This document shows positions 20,143 to 29,815 of a stretch of 64,000 nucleotides of DNA, piece after piece. Where the stretch lies: contig CAXXMR010000009.1 in assembly GCA_963663805.2 (NCBI GenBank), positions 352,001-416,000 on the forward strand, read 5' to 3'. Positions within the stretch are counted from its first letter, which is position 1. Each line of letters starts with the position of its first letter. The notes beneath the pieces were generated by a model. The model did no database searches, was not told the origin of the DNA, and saw only the letters and a list, made by a program, of their open reading frames with translations. The DNA comes from Sedimentisphaerales bacterium. GTDB lineage: Bacteria; Planctomycetota; Phycisphaerae; Sedimentisphaerales; SM23-30. Made by a program: the position numbers and the translations under genes.

Positions 20143-20945
20143 TTGGATTTGACCTCGCTTTGGATTACGCAGTAGCGGGACCACACCTCGGTTACAGTTT
20201 GTCCATTTAAGGCTATGGTATTTTCGGAAATAAAAATCCTGGGATACATTTTGTTTAGTTTCTGGCGATATTCGGAAGCGGCTATTTCAATTTTCATTTC
20301 GACCGGACCAGCCAGACGCAGGGGATGTACCGGTGGGGGGGATTGAGCGACCTTTTTTGCGGCTTCAAAAATCCATTGGGCGGTTTCTTCCGGGCTGTAA
20401 CATTGAGCGGAGAACTCTCCCATTGCTTCTTTTACACTGACGGTTGTTACGCCGGGAATCATCTCTTTTGCTTCGGCCATGCCCGCGGAATCGCCGGTCA
20501 CCAGCCAGAGCGGGACGCCGAAGTCGCCAGCGACGGCTGCTTCCATGCCGATTTCGCCTACAATTTGCCCGTTAAGGTAAATATTCAGGTTTTTACGCGA
20601 ATAGCTGTGAGGCAGCAGGGCACCAGCTACGCCGCTGCGAGCGTGAAAACCTACCATGAGCATGGCGTCATAAGTTGAATCGATACCTCCCCAGTCGTTC
20701 CGGTAGGGGGGCTTGCCGCAAATAACGCTAACGCCTTTGGGCAGGTCTTCCAGAACGACATTGCGACCGTCGGTATGTTCATCGTAGATTACGATTTCAT
20801 GGTTTTCATCGGCGAAGCGTATGCCTCTAATGGCGGCATAGAGGTCGTTCATTAACATGCGACGGCCAAATTCGGATTTTTCGGCTTGCTCATAAGTAGT
20901 TACGCCGGTAACGCCTTCGATATCACTGCGAATCATGAATTTCAT
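20139..20945 (-). CDS. dppA: M55 family D-aminopeptidase (DppA-like)
   Basis: SDIEGVTG, DEH..GRN, VGFHAR, HSYS, GEIG, VTGD and VKEA motifs. Confidence 0.9.
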   Translation of the reverse strand: MKFMIRSDIEGVTGVTTYEQAEKSEFGRRMLMNDLYAAIRGIRFADENHEIVIYDEHTDGRNVVLEDLPKGVSVICGKPPYRNDWGGIDSTYDAMLMVGFHARSGVAGALLPHSYSRKNLNIYLNGQIVGEIGMEAAVAGDFGVPLWLVTGDSAGMAEAKEMIPGVTTVSVKEAMGEFSAQCYSPEETAQWIFEAAKKVAQSPPPVHPLRLAGPVEMKIEIAASEYRQKLNKMYPRIFISENTIALNGQTVTEVWSRYCVIQSEVKSK

Positions 20946-21394
20946 ATACGCACCTTCATGCAGATTTTGCGAACCTGGGCGGTTTCCTGATAGTTGCAGT
21001 TGGGGCGATGAACGTCCTGTGGATAAAAAACCGCGAACTTGCCCGGCTCCATAACGATGGAAGAAAATTTGTCGGTACTTTTCAGTTTGACCACGTCGTC
21101 TTTGGGGTCATATGCGCCCAGCGGTTCAAGTTTTTCGGCCAGAGCGATGTCCTGCCTTTCGCATCCTTCACGCAAGACCTGAATATCAAAATAGTTCTCG
21201 TGGGACTCAAATTTTCGTTGTTCCGCCGGTGAGGTTTGGTAGGATTGGACTTTGGCGAATATCTCGTCTCCCTCGACTTTATAAACTCCGTCGGGCTGGG
21301 ACAGGTCAAAATCCCGTGCGAAAACCAGGGCCCGGAATAATTTATCTCCGGGCTGACAATAAAAGTGCATGTTATCAAAAGTATCGTAAATCAT
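20942..21394 (-). CDS. YhcH/YjgK/YiaL family protein
   Basis: FESHENYFDIQ, FYPQDVHRP and VRKICMKV motifs. Confidence 0.92.
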   Translation of the reverse strand: MIYDTFDNMHFYCQPGDKLFRALVFARDFDLSQPDGVYKVEGDEIFAKVQSYQTSPAEQRKFESHENYFDIQVLREGCERQDIALAEKLEPLGAYDPKDDVVKLKSTDKFSSIVMEPGKFAVFYPQDVHRPNCNYQETAQVRKICMKVRI

Positions 21395-21436
21395 TATTTA
21401 TAAACTCCTTAGATGTGTAAAACAAATACCGCCTAT

Positions 21437-21452
21437 TTATGTTATAACATAA
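21437..21452. promoter_or_regulatory. Probable GntR operator
   Basis: Perfect 16 bp palindrome TTATGTTATAACATAA between the divergent operon and the gntR gene. Confidence 0.7.
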
Positions 21453-21559
21453 TAACGGTAATTATTTAGCTTGTCAAGCCAGATTTTTTTACCTATAATG
21501 GAAAAATAATGTCAGAGATATAATTATTCGAGACCGGCGTCAAAACCGTCGGGGAAGCT

Positions 21560-22240
21560 ATGAAAAGAATGCCTTTGAATGTAATGGAACTTCTGCCTGC
21601 CCCGGAACGGGCCAAGGCCCAGATAATAGAACTCATCCGGACTGGTGAGATACCCTGTGGCCAACGGATTGACCAGCGGATACTGGCCAAGAGGCTCAAT
21701 CTGACCACGGCCCCTTTGCGGGAAGCTCTTAGCAGTCTGGAAAATGCCGGTCTGCTGCAAAGGATTCCGGGGCTGGGTATTTTCTGCAAGGCTTATACGG
21801 TAGATGAGATTGAGGAATTGATAGAGATTCGCGGGGCGTTGGAAGCTGTAGCTGCCGCGCGTGCCGCTTTTCGGATTTCGGTGAAAGAAAAAGGTAAGCT
21901 GATGGAGATGGCCCGAAAGCTGTCTGACGCGGGGACGTTTGAAAACGCCAAAGAATTTTTGGAAGAGCATATCGCTTTCCATCGTTTCATCGCGGAAATT
22001 TCCCATAGCGATAATCTGCTCAGGCTGCTGGATAACAATCATATTATTCAGCAGGTACTTTCGAATATCAGTGCCACTATCTGGCCGGTCGAGCCGCATG
22101 ACCATTTGAAGATCGCTGAAGCGATATGCAGCGGAGAACCGGAAACCGCTGAGCAGGTTGTCAGGCAGCATATCGCCCCGACTTTCCAGGAGCGTTTGCG
22201 GGCACTGCGTTTGAAATACGGCGACAAGCCGGTTATTTAG
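21560..22240 (+). CDS. GntR family regulator (FCD domain)
   Basis: wHTH with PLREAL..LE..GL; FCD motifs IRGALE, FHRFI and DHLKI. Confidence 0.92.
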   Translation: MKRMPLNVMELLPAPERAKAQIIELIRTGEIPCGQRIDQRILAKRLNLTTAPLREALSSLENAGLLQRIPGLGIFCKAYTVDEIEELIEIRGALEAVAAARAAFRISVKEKGKLMEMARKLSDAGTFENAKEFLEEHIAFHRFIAEISHSDNLLRLLDNNHIIQQVLSNISATIWPVEPHDHLKIAEAICSGEPETAEQVVRQHIAPTFQERLRALRLKYGDKPVI

Positions 22241-22268
22241 AACAATTACAAGTGTTCTAAAAAATAAA

Positions 22269-22315
22269 CGTCCTTGTAAAACCAAATGAATCGGTGGAAC
22301 AAGGACGCTTTTTTT
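22269..22315. terminator. Intrinsic terminator between convergent genes
   Basis: CGTCCTTGT / ACAAGGACG stem followed by a T-run. Confidence 0.6.
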
Positions 22316-22333
22316 ATGTTTGCTTCTGATAAA

Positions 22334-23239
22334 TTATTTGCGTTTTCTCAGGGTGGTTAGTCCGCCCAGCAGCAGCAAGGCTATGGTTGTAGGTTCGGGG
22401 ACAGCGAATCCCGCGTCGTAGTTGGCCTGAACTTCCGACTGGTTCAACAGACGGTCGTAGATTCGCACTACGGCCAGGTCGCCTACATAATACATATCAT
22501 TCGGTGAGTTGCTGATTTTCGGGTCATAGGGGGCAAAGTAGAAATCGTCTAATCCGGTAGCGGCCAGGGTACGCACACCGTGGGTCAGGCGTGAACCGCC
22601 GTTGACGTAGATGTCGTGGTTGATTTCGATATTGCCGGTGGTGTCATTATACTGAGCGGCGTATTTAACGAAAACGACATGGGCCCATTCGCTGTCGCTG
22701 TAGTCCAGGACATAGCCGGAATGATAATGAAATGAACCTGTTAATGATGTTACAGCGGTTTCATTATCACGTTGCTGGAACTCAACCGCATATTTGCCGG
22801 TATTGGCATCACAGCGTAAGTCAAGCCGCCAGCCAGTATCAGCACCGTTGGTATTGCCGATGATAATGCCGCGTGTTTTGAGATTAGGGATAGATCCGGG
22901 CAGTCTTACCCAGGCCTCGATTGTGCACCAGTCGTCATCGACAAAGCTCAGTTCGCTGTGGGTGCCGATGTTTAGTACCTGGTCGTTGACCGCGCCGGCG
23001 GAATCAAATTGATAGTACCAGTTTTCGGTACCATCTCCGGCATTGACATCGACTTTAAGTTCGGGCAGTCCCACTAATTCTCCCGTACCCGAACCTGTGG
23101 TCGGCTGCCAGTAACTGCCCGGCTGATTTCCGGAGTAGGCGGCGTTTAGCTCGAGAGCCAGGCCGCTGGTTACTACCGCTGCCTGAAGTGAAACACTCAG
23201 ACATACAATCGCTACAACAAAAAACATTTTCCTTAACAT
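22334..23239 (-). CDS. PEP-CTERM protein with a LamG/ConA-like jelly-roll domain
   Basis: AGGAGG + ATG at 23239; signal peptide; TIEAWVR and VRIYDRLL; C-terminal VPEPTT, TM segment, RKRK. Confidence 0.9.
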   Translation of the reverse strand: MLRKMFFVVAIVCLSVSLQAAVVTSGLALELNAAYSGNQPGSYWQPTTGSGTGELVGLPELKVDVNAGDGTENWYYQFDSAGAVNDQVLNIGTHSELSFVDDDWCTIEAWVRLPGSIPNLKTRGIIIGNTNGADTGWRLDLRCDANTGKYAVEFQQRDNETAVTSLTGSFHYHSGYVLDYSDSEWAHVVFVKYAAQYNDTTGNIEINHDIYVNGGSRLTHGVRTLAATGLDDFYFAPYDPKISNSPNDMYYVGDLAVVRIYDRLLNQSEVQANYDAGFAVPEPTTIALLLLGGLTTLRKRK

Positions 23240-23344
23240 AGCATTTCCTCCTGCTAAGTTGGCCGGGTTTTTATAGGGAATCCATGTCTGTCCGCGCCGG
23301 ACGGCCAACGAACCTTTACGGTCAGACCAAGAGCTTCGACGGCT

Positions 23345-25189
23345 CTAAATTTTTGTATACTGTGGTTGCGCTTGTTTAGCTGTTTTTTTTGAACCAGTGG
23401 AAATTGCCTGACGTTCGATAGCGGCTAGACGAGTCTGTATCTTACGCAGGCGCTCACTGTCGAATTTGGGAGTTCTATCGAAGAAATACAAACCGTTCTT
23501 TTCCTGAAAAACATCGGTTAACTGGGTATAGCAATAGCCGAACATATTTGGTTCGTCGAGCAGGACATTGCACAAACCTTCGAAACGCTGATAGAATTCT
23601 TCAAGAGTTTTAGGGCCGTCGCCATATCCCCATGACGAGCGGTTGCAGTTTTTGTGCATTTCTTCGGGGAACCATTTAATGCCGCCGAACTCGCTGCAAA
23701 AGTAGGGCTGGCCGTTATAGGGGACACAGCCGTCATTGTCGGATTTATATTTGTTAATATAGGCGTTGCCGTATTTCAGGCCGCTCATTTCTTTTTGGAA
23801 TTGGGCTGGGTCTTGTTCGTAGCAGTGACTGTCGTAGATATCGGTTGCACTGATACGATGGGAGAAACCGGAGGCATCGATAACGGGGCGGGTGGGGTCG
23901 AGGCTTTTGGCGGCGAGGAACATGCCCAGGGTGAGGTCGTTGAGATAATCGTTCTGGTCGGTGATTTCTTTCCAGGTCTCGTTCAGGCCGCACCAGCCGA
24001 TGATGGCAGGGTGGTTATAATCGCGGTTTAGTACTTCCAGCCACTGGGTTATATAAGTTGCCTGGGGATTGTCTTTGTCGATACCCCAGTCGCCGAACTC
24101 ACCCCAGACCATATAGCCCATTCGGTCGCAGTGATAGAGGAAACGTTCTTCGAATACTTTCTGATGAAGCCGGGCACTGTTAAAACCCATTTGCAGGGCG
24201 AGTTCGATGTCCTTTATGAGGGCGTCATCGGTGGGGGCGGTCATCAAGCCGTCGGGATAATAGCCCTGGTCCAGCACCTGCCTCTGGAAGATAATATTGC
24301 CGTTGATTTTTACCGCTTTGTCGTCGATAGAAACACTACGCAGGCCGGCGTAACTTTTAGCTGCGTCGATGATGTTGTTATCTGAGTTGAGCAGTTCGAT
24401 TGCGATATTGTACAGGAACGGGTCCTGGGGCGACCAGTATCTTAGACGGTTTTCGGGGATGAGAAGGTCCGCCGAGGGCGTAAAATCGTTGTCGGCGGAT
24501 ATTGTTACATTGGTGACGGGGCCCTTGTCGTCGCTTAAGGTTATTTTGACTTTTGTGCCGGGCCTGCTGTTGGTTATGGGCAAAGTTACGGTAAATTTGC
24601 TATTGGTCAGGTCGGGTGTGATTTTGGGACGCTTAAGATGAATCTTGTGGACCGGTTCCATCCACACCGTCTGCCAGATTCCGGTAGTGCGGGTATAGAA
24701 GCAGCGATGATTATCGTGCTGATTGTAGGTTTGTTTGCCGCCGGGTTTGTTGGTTTCGTGTTTGAGGTCGCGGGCTCGTACAACGATGACCGCTTTTTCG
24801 CCCGGTTGTGCCACTGTGCTCAGGTCGCAACTGAAGCCACACCATCCGCCGCGATGACGAATCATTTCTATCCCATTAACCCAGACGATGCAGTCGTAAT
24901 CTACCGCCTGGAAATGCAGCAGGGTATTCATGCCGTCCCAGTCTGGGGGGATGGTTAGTTCCCGACGATACCAGACGGCGTTCATGAAGTCGGTATATTC
25001 AATGCCGCTGAGCTTTGATTCGGGGCAGAAGGGGACTGTTATTTTTCCTTTAAGGGGTCGCTCCAACATGCCGCGTTCGAATCCGGTATCGGCTGGGTCA
25101 ATTTCAAATTCCCAGGGACCGTTCAGGCAGAGCCATTTGTCTCTGACGAATTGGGGACGAGGATATTCACTTCTAGGGATGTCCATCAT
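23345..25189 (-). CDS. Glycoside hydrolase family 2
   Basis: PRSEYPRPQF, LHFQAVDY, TGIWQTVW, LDQGY, RLHQK, NHPAIIGW..LNE and SEFGG motifs; no signal peptide. Confidence 0.93.
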   Translation of the reverse strand: MMDIPRSEYPRPQFVRDKWLCLNGPWEFEIDPADTGFERGMLERPLKGKITVPFCPESKLSGIEYTDFMNAVWYRRELTIPPDWDGMNTLLHFQAVDYDCIVWVNGIEMIRHRGGWCGFSCDLSTVAQPGEKAVIVVRARDLKHETNKPGGKQTYNQHDNHRCFYTRTTGIWQTVWMEPVHKIHLKRPKITPDLTNSKFTVTLPITNSRPGTKVKITLSDDKGPVTNVTISADNDFTPSADLLIPENRLRYWSPQDPFLYNIAIELLNSDNNIIDAAKSYAGLRSVSIDDKAVKINGNIIFQRQVLDQGYYPDGLMTAPTDDALIKDIELALQMGFNSARLHQKVFEERFLYHCDRMGYMVWGEFGDWGIDKDNPQATYITQWLEVLNRDYNHPAIIGWCGLNETWKEITDQNDYLNDLTLGMFLAAKSLDPTRPVIDASGFSHRISATDIYDSHCYEQDPAQFQKEMSGLKYGNAYINKYKSDNDGCVPYNGQPYFCSEFGGIKWFPEEMHKNCNRSSWGYGDGPKTLEEFYQRFEGLCNVLLDEPNMFGYCYTQLTDVFQEKNGLYFFDRTPKFDSERLRKIQTRLAAIERQAISTGSKKTAKQAQPQYTKI

Positions 25190-25216
25190 AGAATCTTTCT
25201 AAAACAAATCACTACT

Positions 25217-25990
25217 TTACTTACGTGGGTCGGGCCACCAGCATTTTCGATTGTTTACATATTGCTGAAAAATGACCATGTCGTCGAAGTCACACATTTT
25301 GGCACTGCCGTCAATAAAGGCCTGGGGTGAAGCTTCTGGTGCTTCGGTTTGAATTTTGCGATTAGGATGAAAATATTCCCAGGTTGTTCCATTGGGCTGG
25401 GTCTGTACTACACAGCCGGCTACCGCCATTCTTGTGGTTGCCTGCGAGGCTTTAAGGGGTGGGACGAAAAATTCTCCGTTAGCCACATCCGGTCCCCAAT
25501 AAACCGCTCCGTTTATCATGGCTGTTTGAGTTTCAGCATAGCCGACGTAGAGGCCATAGTTACCCTTGATCCAGGGTCCTTCAGGGTCGCTGGCGGTAGC
25601 GACAAGCTGTTCTTCCCACATATCAATAACGTCCGGGTTGGAAGGGCAGTTGGTGACCTTATAGTCGATAAGATAAGGTTTGACAAAAATCTCATAAAGA
25701 TTATTACGTCCCTCGACGCGGTAATATATCAGGTTATTATGATGCATCTCAATTATCCCCTCGGAGTTCTTCCAGAAACGGGAGGGGAATTTGTCGTTGT
25801 TATCTTCTACATAAGTCCAGACTCCGATGGCCCACTGTCTCAGATTGGAAAGACAGACTGTCTGTTTGACCTGTTCGCGGGCTTTGCTCAGGCCGGGCAG
25901 AAGAATCGAAACCAGTAAAGCGATAATAGCTATTACCACCAGCAATTCGACCAGAGTAAATCCTTTTTGCTCTTTTTGTCTACTGTTCAT
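25217..25990 (-). CDS. DUF1559-type prepilin N-terminal cleavage/methylation protein
   Basis: [30 protein letters not shown]...CLSNLRQ; CPS; C-terminal H...FIDGS. Confidence 0.92.
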   Translation of the reverse strand: MNSRQKEQKGFTLVELLVVIAIIALLVSILLPGLSKAREQVKQTVCLSNLRQWAIGVWTYVEDNNDKFPSRFWKNSEGIIEMHHNNLIYYRVEGRNNLYEIFVKPYLIDYKVTNCPSNPDVIDMWEEQLVATASDPEGPWIKGNYGLYVGYAETQTAMINGAVYWGPDVANGEFFVPPLKASQATTRMAVAGCVVQTQPNGTTWEYFHPNRKIQTEAPEASPQAFIDGSAKMCDFDDMVIFQQYVNNRKCWWPDPRK

Positions 25991-26017
25991 CTTTGTGTCT
26001 CCTTAATGTCTTTTCTC

Positions 26018-28570
26018 TTATTCTAAAGTAATCCTGCCATTGGTCAGCCAGTATTCCCAGACCAGACTCAGGTCGTTGATGTCTATCAGGCAATCTTCGT
26101 TGAAATCGAATGTTTCGATACCGCCGCATTGTCGATTGGTAGCGCTGGAAATGCCGTCAGAATACAGTTTAGTGACCTGTTCGGCGGTCAGCAGTTTGTC
26201 ATATATTCTTATCAGAGCGATGTCGCCGGTGAAGTACATGTCGTTGCGGTAGGTGCTGACTTGCGGGGCTCTGGCGGGTAAAAACAAATCCGCTAAAGAG
26301 CTCGCCGGCAGTACACGGACACCATGGCTCTCAAGTTCACCGTTGATATACCAGTCATGATTGACGCTGATATTGCCGCCGGTATATTCCGCGGCGTATT
26401 TAACAAAGACAATATGCGACCATTCGGTGCTGCTGTAGTCGAGGCAATAATCAGTGAGGTAATGCAGGATACCGGTCCATGATGTTTGGGCGGTTTCGTT
26501 GTCACGCTGCTGGAACTCGCAGGCGTATTTGCCGGTTGTGGTATTACATCTGACGCCGAAACGCCAGCCGGTTTCGGTACCGTCTATGTTGCCCAATATA
26601 ACGCCGCGGTTTTTGGAATTGTTTATTTGGCCGGGCAGTCTCACCCAGGCTTCGATAGTACACCAGTTGTCATCCACAAAGCTAAGGTCGCTATGTGAGC
26701 CAATATCGAGAACCTGGTCATTTGTCGTATCAGGGGCGTTGAATCGATAGGACCAGGTGTAATCTCCGGGAGCGTTGGTGTCGGCCTGAATCGCAGGGGC
26801 ATCGACAAGCTCTCCGGTACCGCTGCCTATGCTGGGTTTCCAGTGTGAATTAACATTGTTCCCGGCTTCGGCCGCGTCCAGTTCCATTACCGGGTCGGGC
26901 ATCCATTCCGGCAGCATAATATCGATCCAGGTGATTTTCTCGGTTGCACCAGAAACCATGGTTACCGCTACGGTATTATCACCGTCGGCGATTAGTTCCT
27001 GCGGGACGAGCCAGGCACGATAGTCTTCATCTTCACCGAGAAAATTATCGTAGGGGCTGTCAAAAAGCTCGCTTACATCACTGGCTGCGGTTAATGATTG
27101 GCCGTTCAAACTTACCTGCCAGACGCTGCTGTCGAGCGAGTCAAAACCCCGAATGCGAAGTTTGCCGTCGGCGTAAGCTCCCGGTGTCATTCTCAGGGTG
27201 AAGGTGTGAGTTTCTCCGGCATTGAAAATTTGCTCCAGTTGACGCGAAGTTGTACGGGGGGGATTGTTCCAGGTGCCCGCCATGAAATAATGATGGTCCT
27301 GTAATGCCAGCCAGTTCGGGTCGCCTAAATGTTCGAACACTTCAAAAGGCGGTTCGTGGAACGGGCCGATATATTCCAGGTCCGCGCCATGCTCGCGATA
27401 ATACGCGAAATTGAACATAGTAATTCCCGCGGCACCCTGAGCGTAAGCGAGGTGGGCAGTAGTGTAGAACTGTTCCAATGTGGCACGACGATAAGGATAG
27501 CTGTCATAAACACCCGGTATGGGTGAGCCGGTAATCGGGGTGTTGGTCATTTCCAGATAAACCGGAGTATTGGGCACCATGCTGACGACTTCGGCAATCT
27601 GCTCCTGCTGGTCGGTGAAGAAATACGATGACAGATTTACCATGTCAACGCCCGCGGCGACCATGCTGGGGATGTCTATGCCTAACGCGTCGTGAGTTTC
27701 CAGATAACCCGGCACGCGTACGCAAAGCCATTTGTAATCGCCCGGGTCGGTGTTGTCGTCGAGGTATTGCCGGACTTCAGCGACCACGGAAGTGACGATG
27801 CTTTGTCGTTGGGCACTGGTGGTAGTGTCTTGCGGGAACAAGCTGCACATTCGCATGAAATCCAGTTCAAAGCCGTCGATGTCGTAGTTCTCGATAATTT
27901 CCTCGATAAACGCCAGTTTATAATTGCGTACTTCGGGGATGGCCCAGTTTTGCACCCGCTGGTACCAGTCGTTTAAATTAGTGCCGATGCGATATTCGGG
28001 GTTTTCTTTGTAGAACTGGGTGATATTATTGCCAGCACCGTTGGGTATTTCGCCGGGCAGGTCGTCAACGTTATCAAGTCGATGGCCGTCATTGAGACGA
28101 TAGGAAATGAAAGGCACAAGTCCTTTTTGCCGACAGCGGTCCACAAATTCCTGAACGATATCGCCGCCGTTCATCATGTAAAGACCGAAGCTGTCGGGCC
28201 AGACCTGATAGGTGTCCATGAACCATTGATAATGGTTGGGCAGAATGGTACTTTCCCACCAGGGTACCCAGCCAACGCCGGGCTGAAGCATATGAACTTC
28301 GATACCAATGTTAGCGGTCTCGTCGATACTACCCTGCAAGGCCGCGGTCGAAAATGGAACCCTGGCAGGATGATAGGGGCTGGTGCAGGAATACACATTG
28401 GTCGTATCGTTGCTGTAAATAACCTTGAATGGGGCACGGGGACGCGTAGTAGTCTGAGCCTGAATCGGCTCGCTTGAAAAACCGGCCCATATTAGTACGC
28501 TAGCTAGTAAGATTCCCGTCCGGATAACAAGTTGAATTTGATTTTGCATTGAGTACCTCATAAGTATCAT
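26018..28570 (-). CDS. Secreted putative glycoside hydrolase (GHL10-like TIM barrel) + LamG domain + EF-hand/dockerin-like tail
   Basis: YDIDGFELDFMR motif; N-terminal region paralogous to 31835-33430; LamG paralogous to 22334 and 29816; tail DFNEDCLIDINDL...YWL. Start may be 28549. Confidence 0.75.
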   Translation of the reverse strand: MILMRYSMQNQIQLVIRTGILLASVLIWAGFSSEPIQAQTTTRPRAPFKVIYSNDTTNVYSCTSPYHPARVPFSTAALQGSIDETANIGIEVHMLQPGVGWVPWWESTILPNHYQWFMDTYQVWPDSFGLYMMNGGDIVQEFVDRCRQKGLVPFISYRLNDGHRLDNVDDLPGEIPNGAGNNITQFYKENPEYRIGTNLNDWYQRVQNWAIPEVRNYKLAFIEEIIENYDIDGFELDFMRMCSLFPQDTTTSAQRQSIVTSVVAEVRQYLDDNTDPGDYKWLCVRVPGYLETHDALGIDIPSMVAAGVDMVNLSSYFFTDQQEQIAEVVSMVPNTPVYLEMTNTPITGSPIPGVYDSYPYRRATLEQFYTTAHLAYAQGAAGITMFNFAYYREHGADLEYIGPFHEPPFEVFEHLGDPNWLALQDHHYFMAGTWNNPPRTTSRQLEQIFNAGETHTFTLRMTPGAYADGKLRIRGFDSLDSSVWQVSLNGQSLTAASDVSELFDSPYDNFLGEDEDYRAWLVPQELIADGDNTVAVTMVSGATEKITWIDIMLPEWMPDPVMELDAAEAGNNVNSHWKPSIGSGTGELVDAPAIQADTNAPGDYTWSYRFNAPDTTNDQVLDIGSHSDLSFVDDNWCTIEAWVRLPGQINNSKNRGVILGNIDGTETGWRFGVRCNTTTGKYACEFQQRDNETAQTSWTGILHYLTDYCLDYSSTEWSHIVFVKYAAEYTGGNISVNHDWYINGELESHGVRVLPASSLADLFLPARAPQVSTYRNDMYFTGDIALIRIYDKLLTAEQVTKLYSDGISSATNRQCGGIETFDFNEDCLIDINDLSLVWEYWLTNGRITLE

Positions 28571-28881
28571 ATCGTCTTATTGAATGATAGAATTATTCGC
28601 TAAAAACGTAAATGGATAATGGTACTAAAAATTTTAACTATTCTATTATATAAGAATCCTCGGTTTAGATTCAGCAAGGGGGCTTTAGGGGTGTTAATGT
28701 GCGAATTTGTTAAAGTTATACGGGATTATACTTTTAGAAATATACGTTGCGAGGCCTGTTTTTGGCTTTTATTTTGACTTTTACTTCTATTTTGGTTATG
28801 CTTTGGTAGTTTCGCGGTCAGGTTGCGGCGTGGGCCGGGCCGGACTTTGATATTTTTATCTATTCTGCTGGAGAATCAAAA

Positions 28882-29733
28882 ATGCCTGAGATGGTTGCCG
28901 CTAATCCGCCTGCTAATTTTCGGGTGATTCGTATGGGGACCAAGTACTATCACGAGCGGGATTATGTGCTTTTTCGGCCTAAGGGGATTGCGGATTATAT
29001 TTTTATCGACTTTCTTAACCCCGCGGAGCTGAGCTTTAATGACCAGATGCACATTGTTCAGCCGGGCAATTGCATTTTTTTTAAGCCCTGGATGCGTTAT
29101 GAAGTCAAAGGTCATGACACCGGGCTTGGTAACGACTGGCTGCACTTTCAGGGCGAGGAGGTGGAGAACATTTTGGCGTGCTACGGCCTGCCGCTCAACG
29201 AAATTATCCCGACCGTAAACACCTCCTATGTTCGCGAGATATTGGAGAAGATTGAAGGGGAAATTCGCGAATCGATTATTCCGCATCGTAATCGCCTTGT
29301 CGAGATTTTGTTTGAAACGCTTTGTATAAACATTTCTCGCAGCGTCCATGCCGAGACCGCCCTAAAGCTTAGCCCTTCCAAAAAAGAACATCTCGAAAGT
29401 TTTCGTAAATTACGGATTGAAATTCTGGAAAATTTCCAGCGGGATTGGACGGTTGAGGACATGGCCGACAATGTATATGTCAGCCATTCGCGCTTCGCGG
29501 TATTGTACAAGGAGTTTTTCGGCGTTTCGCCCATCGCTGAGCTGCTGCATACGCGTATCGAACATGCCAAGTGGCTGCTGACCAACACGACCACCGCCAT
29601 AAATGATATTGCCGGTCAGTGTGGTTTTAAGAACGTTTATTACTTCAGTCGTAAATTTCGCGAACTTGTCGGCTGTCCGCCCAGCCGGTATTACACGCAT
29701 TATGTTCGCAAAGTGACCGGCGAGAAATCTTGA
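28882..29733 (+). CDS. AraC family regulator (cupin sensor domain)
   Basis: WLHF; C-terminal RIEHAKWLL...IAGQCGFKNVYYFSRKF. Confidence 0.95.
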   Translation: MPEMVAANPPANFRVIRMGTKYYHERDYVLFRPKGIADYIFIDFLNPAELSFNDQMHIVQPGNCIFFKPWMRYEVKGHDTGLGNDWLHFQGEEVENILACYGLPLNEIIPTVNTSYVREILEKIEGEIRESIIPHRNRLVEILFETLCINISRSVHAETALKLSPSKKEHLESFRKLRIEILENFQRDWTVEDMADNVYVSHSRFAVLYKEFFGVSPIAELLHTRIEHAKWLLTNTTTAINDIAGQCGFKNVYYFSRKFRELVGCPPSRYYTHYVRKVTGEKS

Positions 29734-29756
29734 AGTATTTGAGAGGGACCGGGCAA

Positions 29757-29791
29757 TAAAAAAAGCCGCGAGACGATGAATCCCGCGGCTT
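29757..29791 (-). terminator. Intrinsic terminator
   Basis: On the minus strand: AAGCCGCGGGA, loop, TCTCGCGGCTT, then a T-run. Confidence 0.65.
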
Positions 29792-29815
29792 GGCTTTTAA
29801 GGATAATCAATAAGC

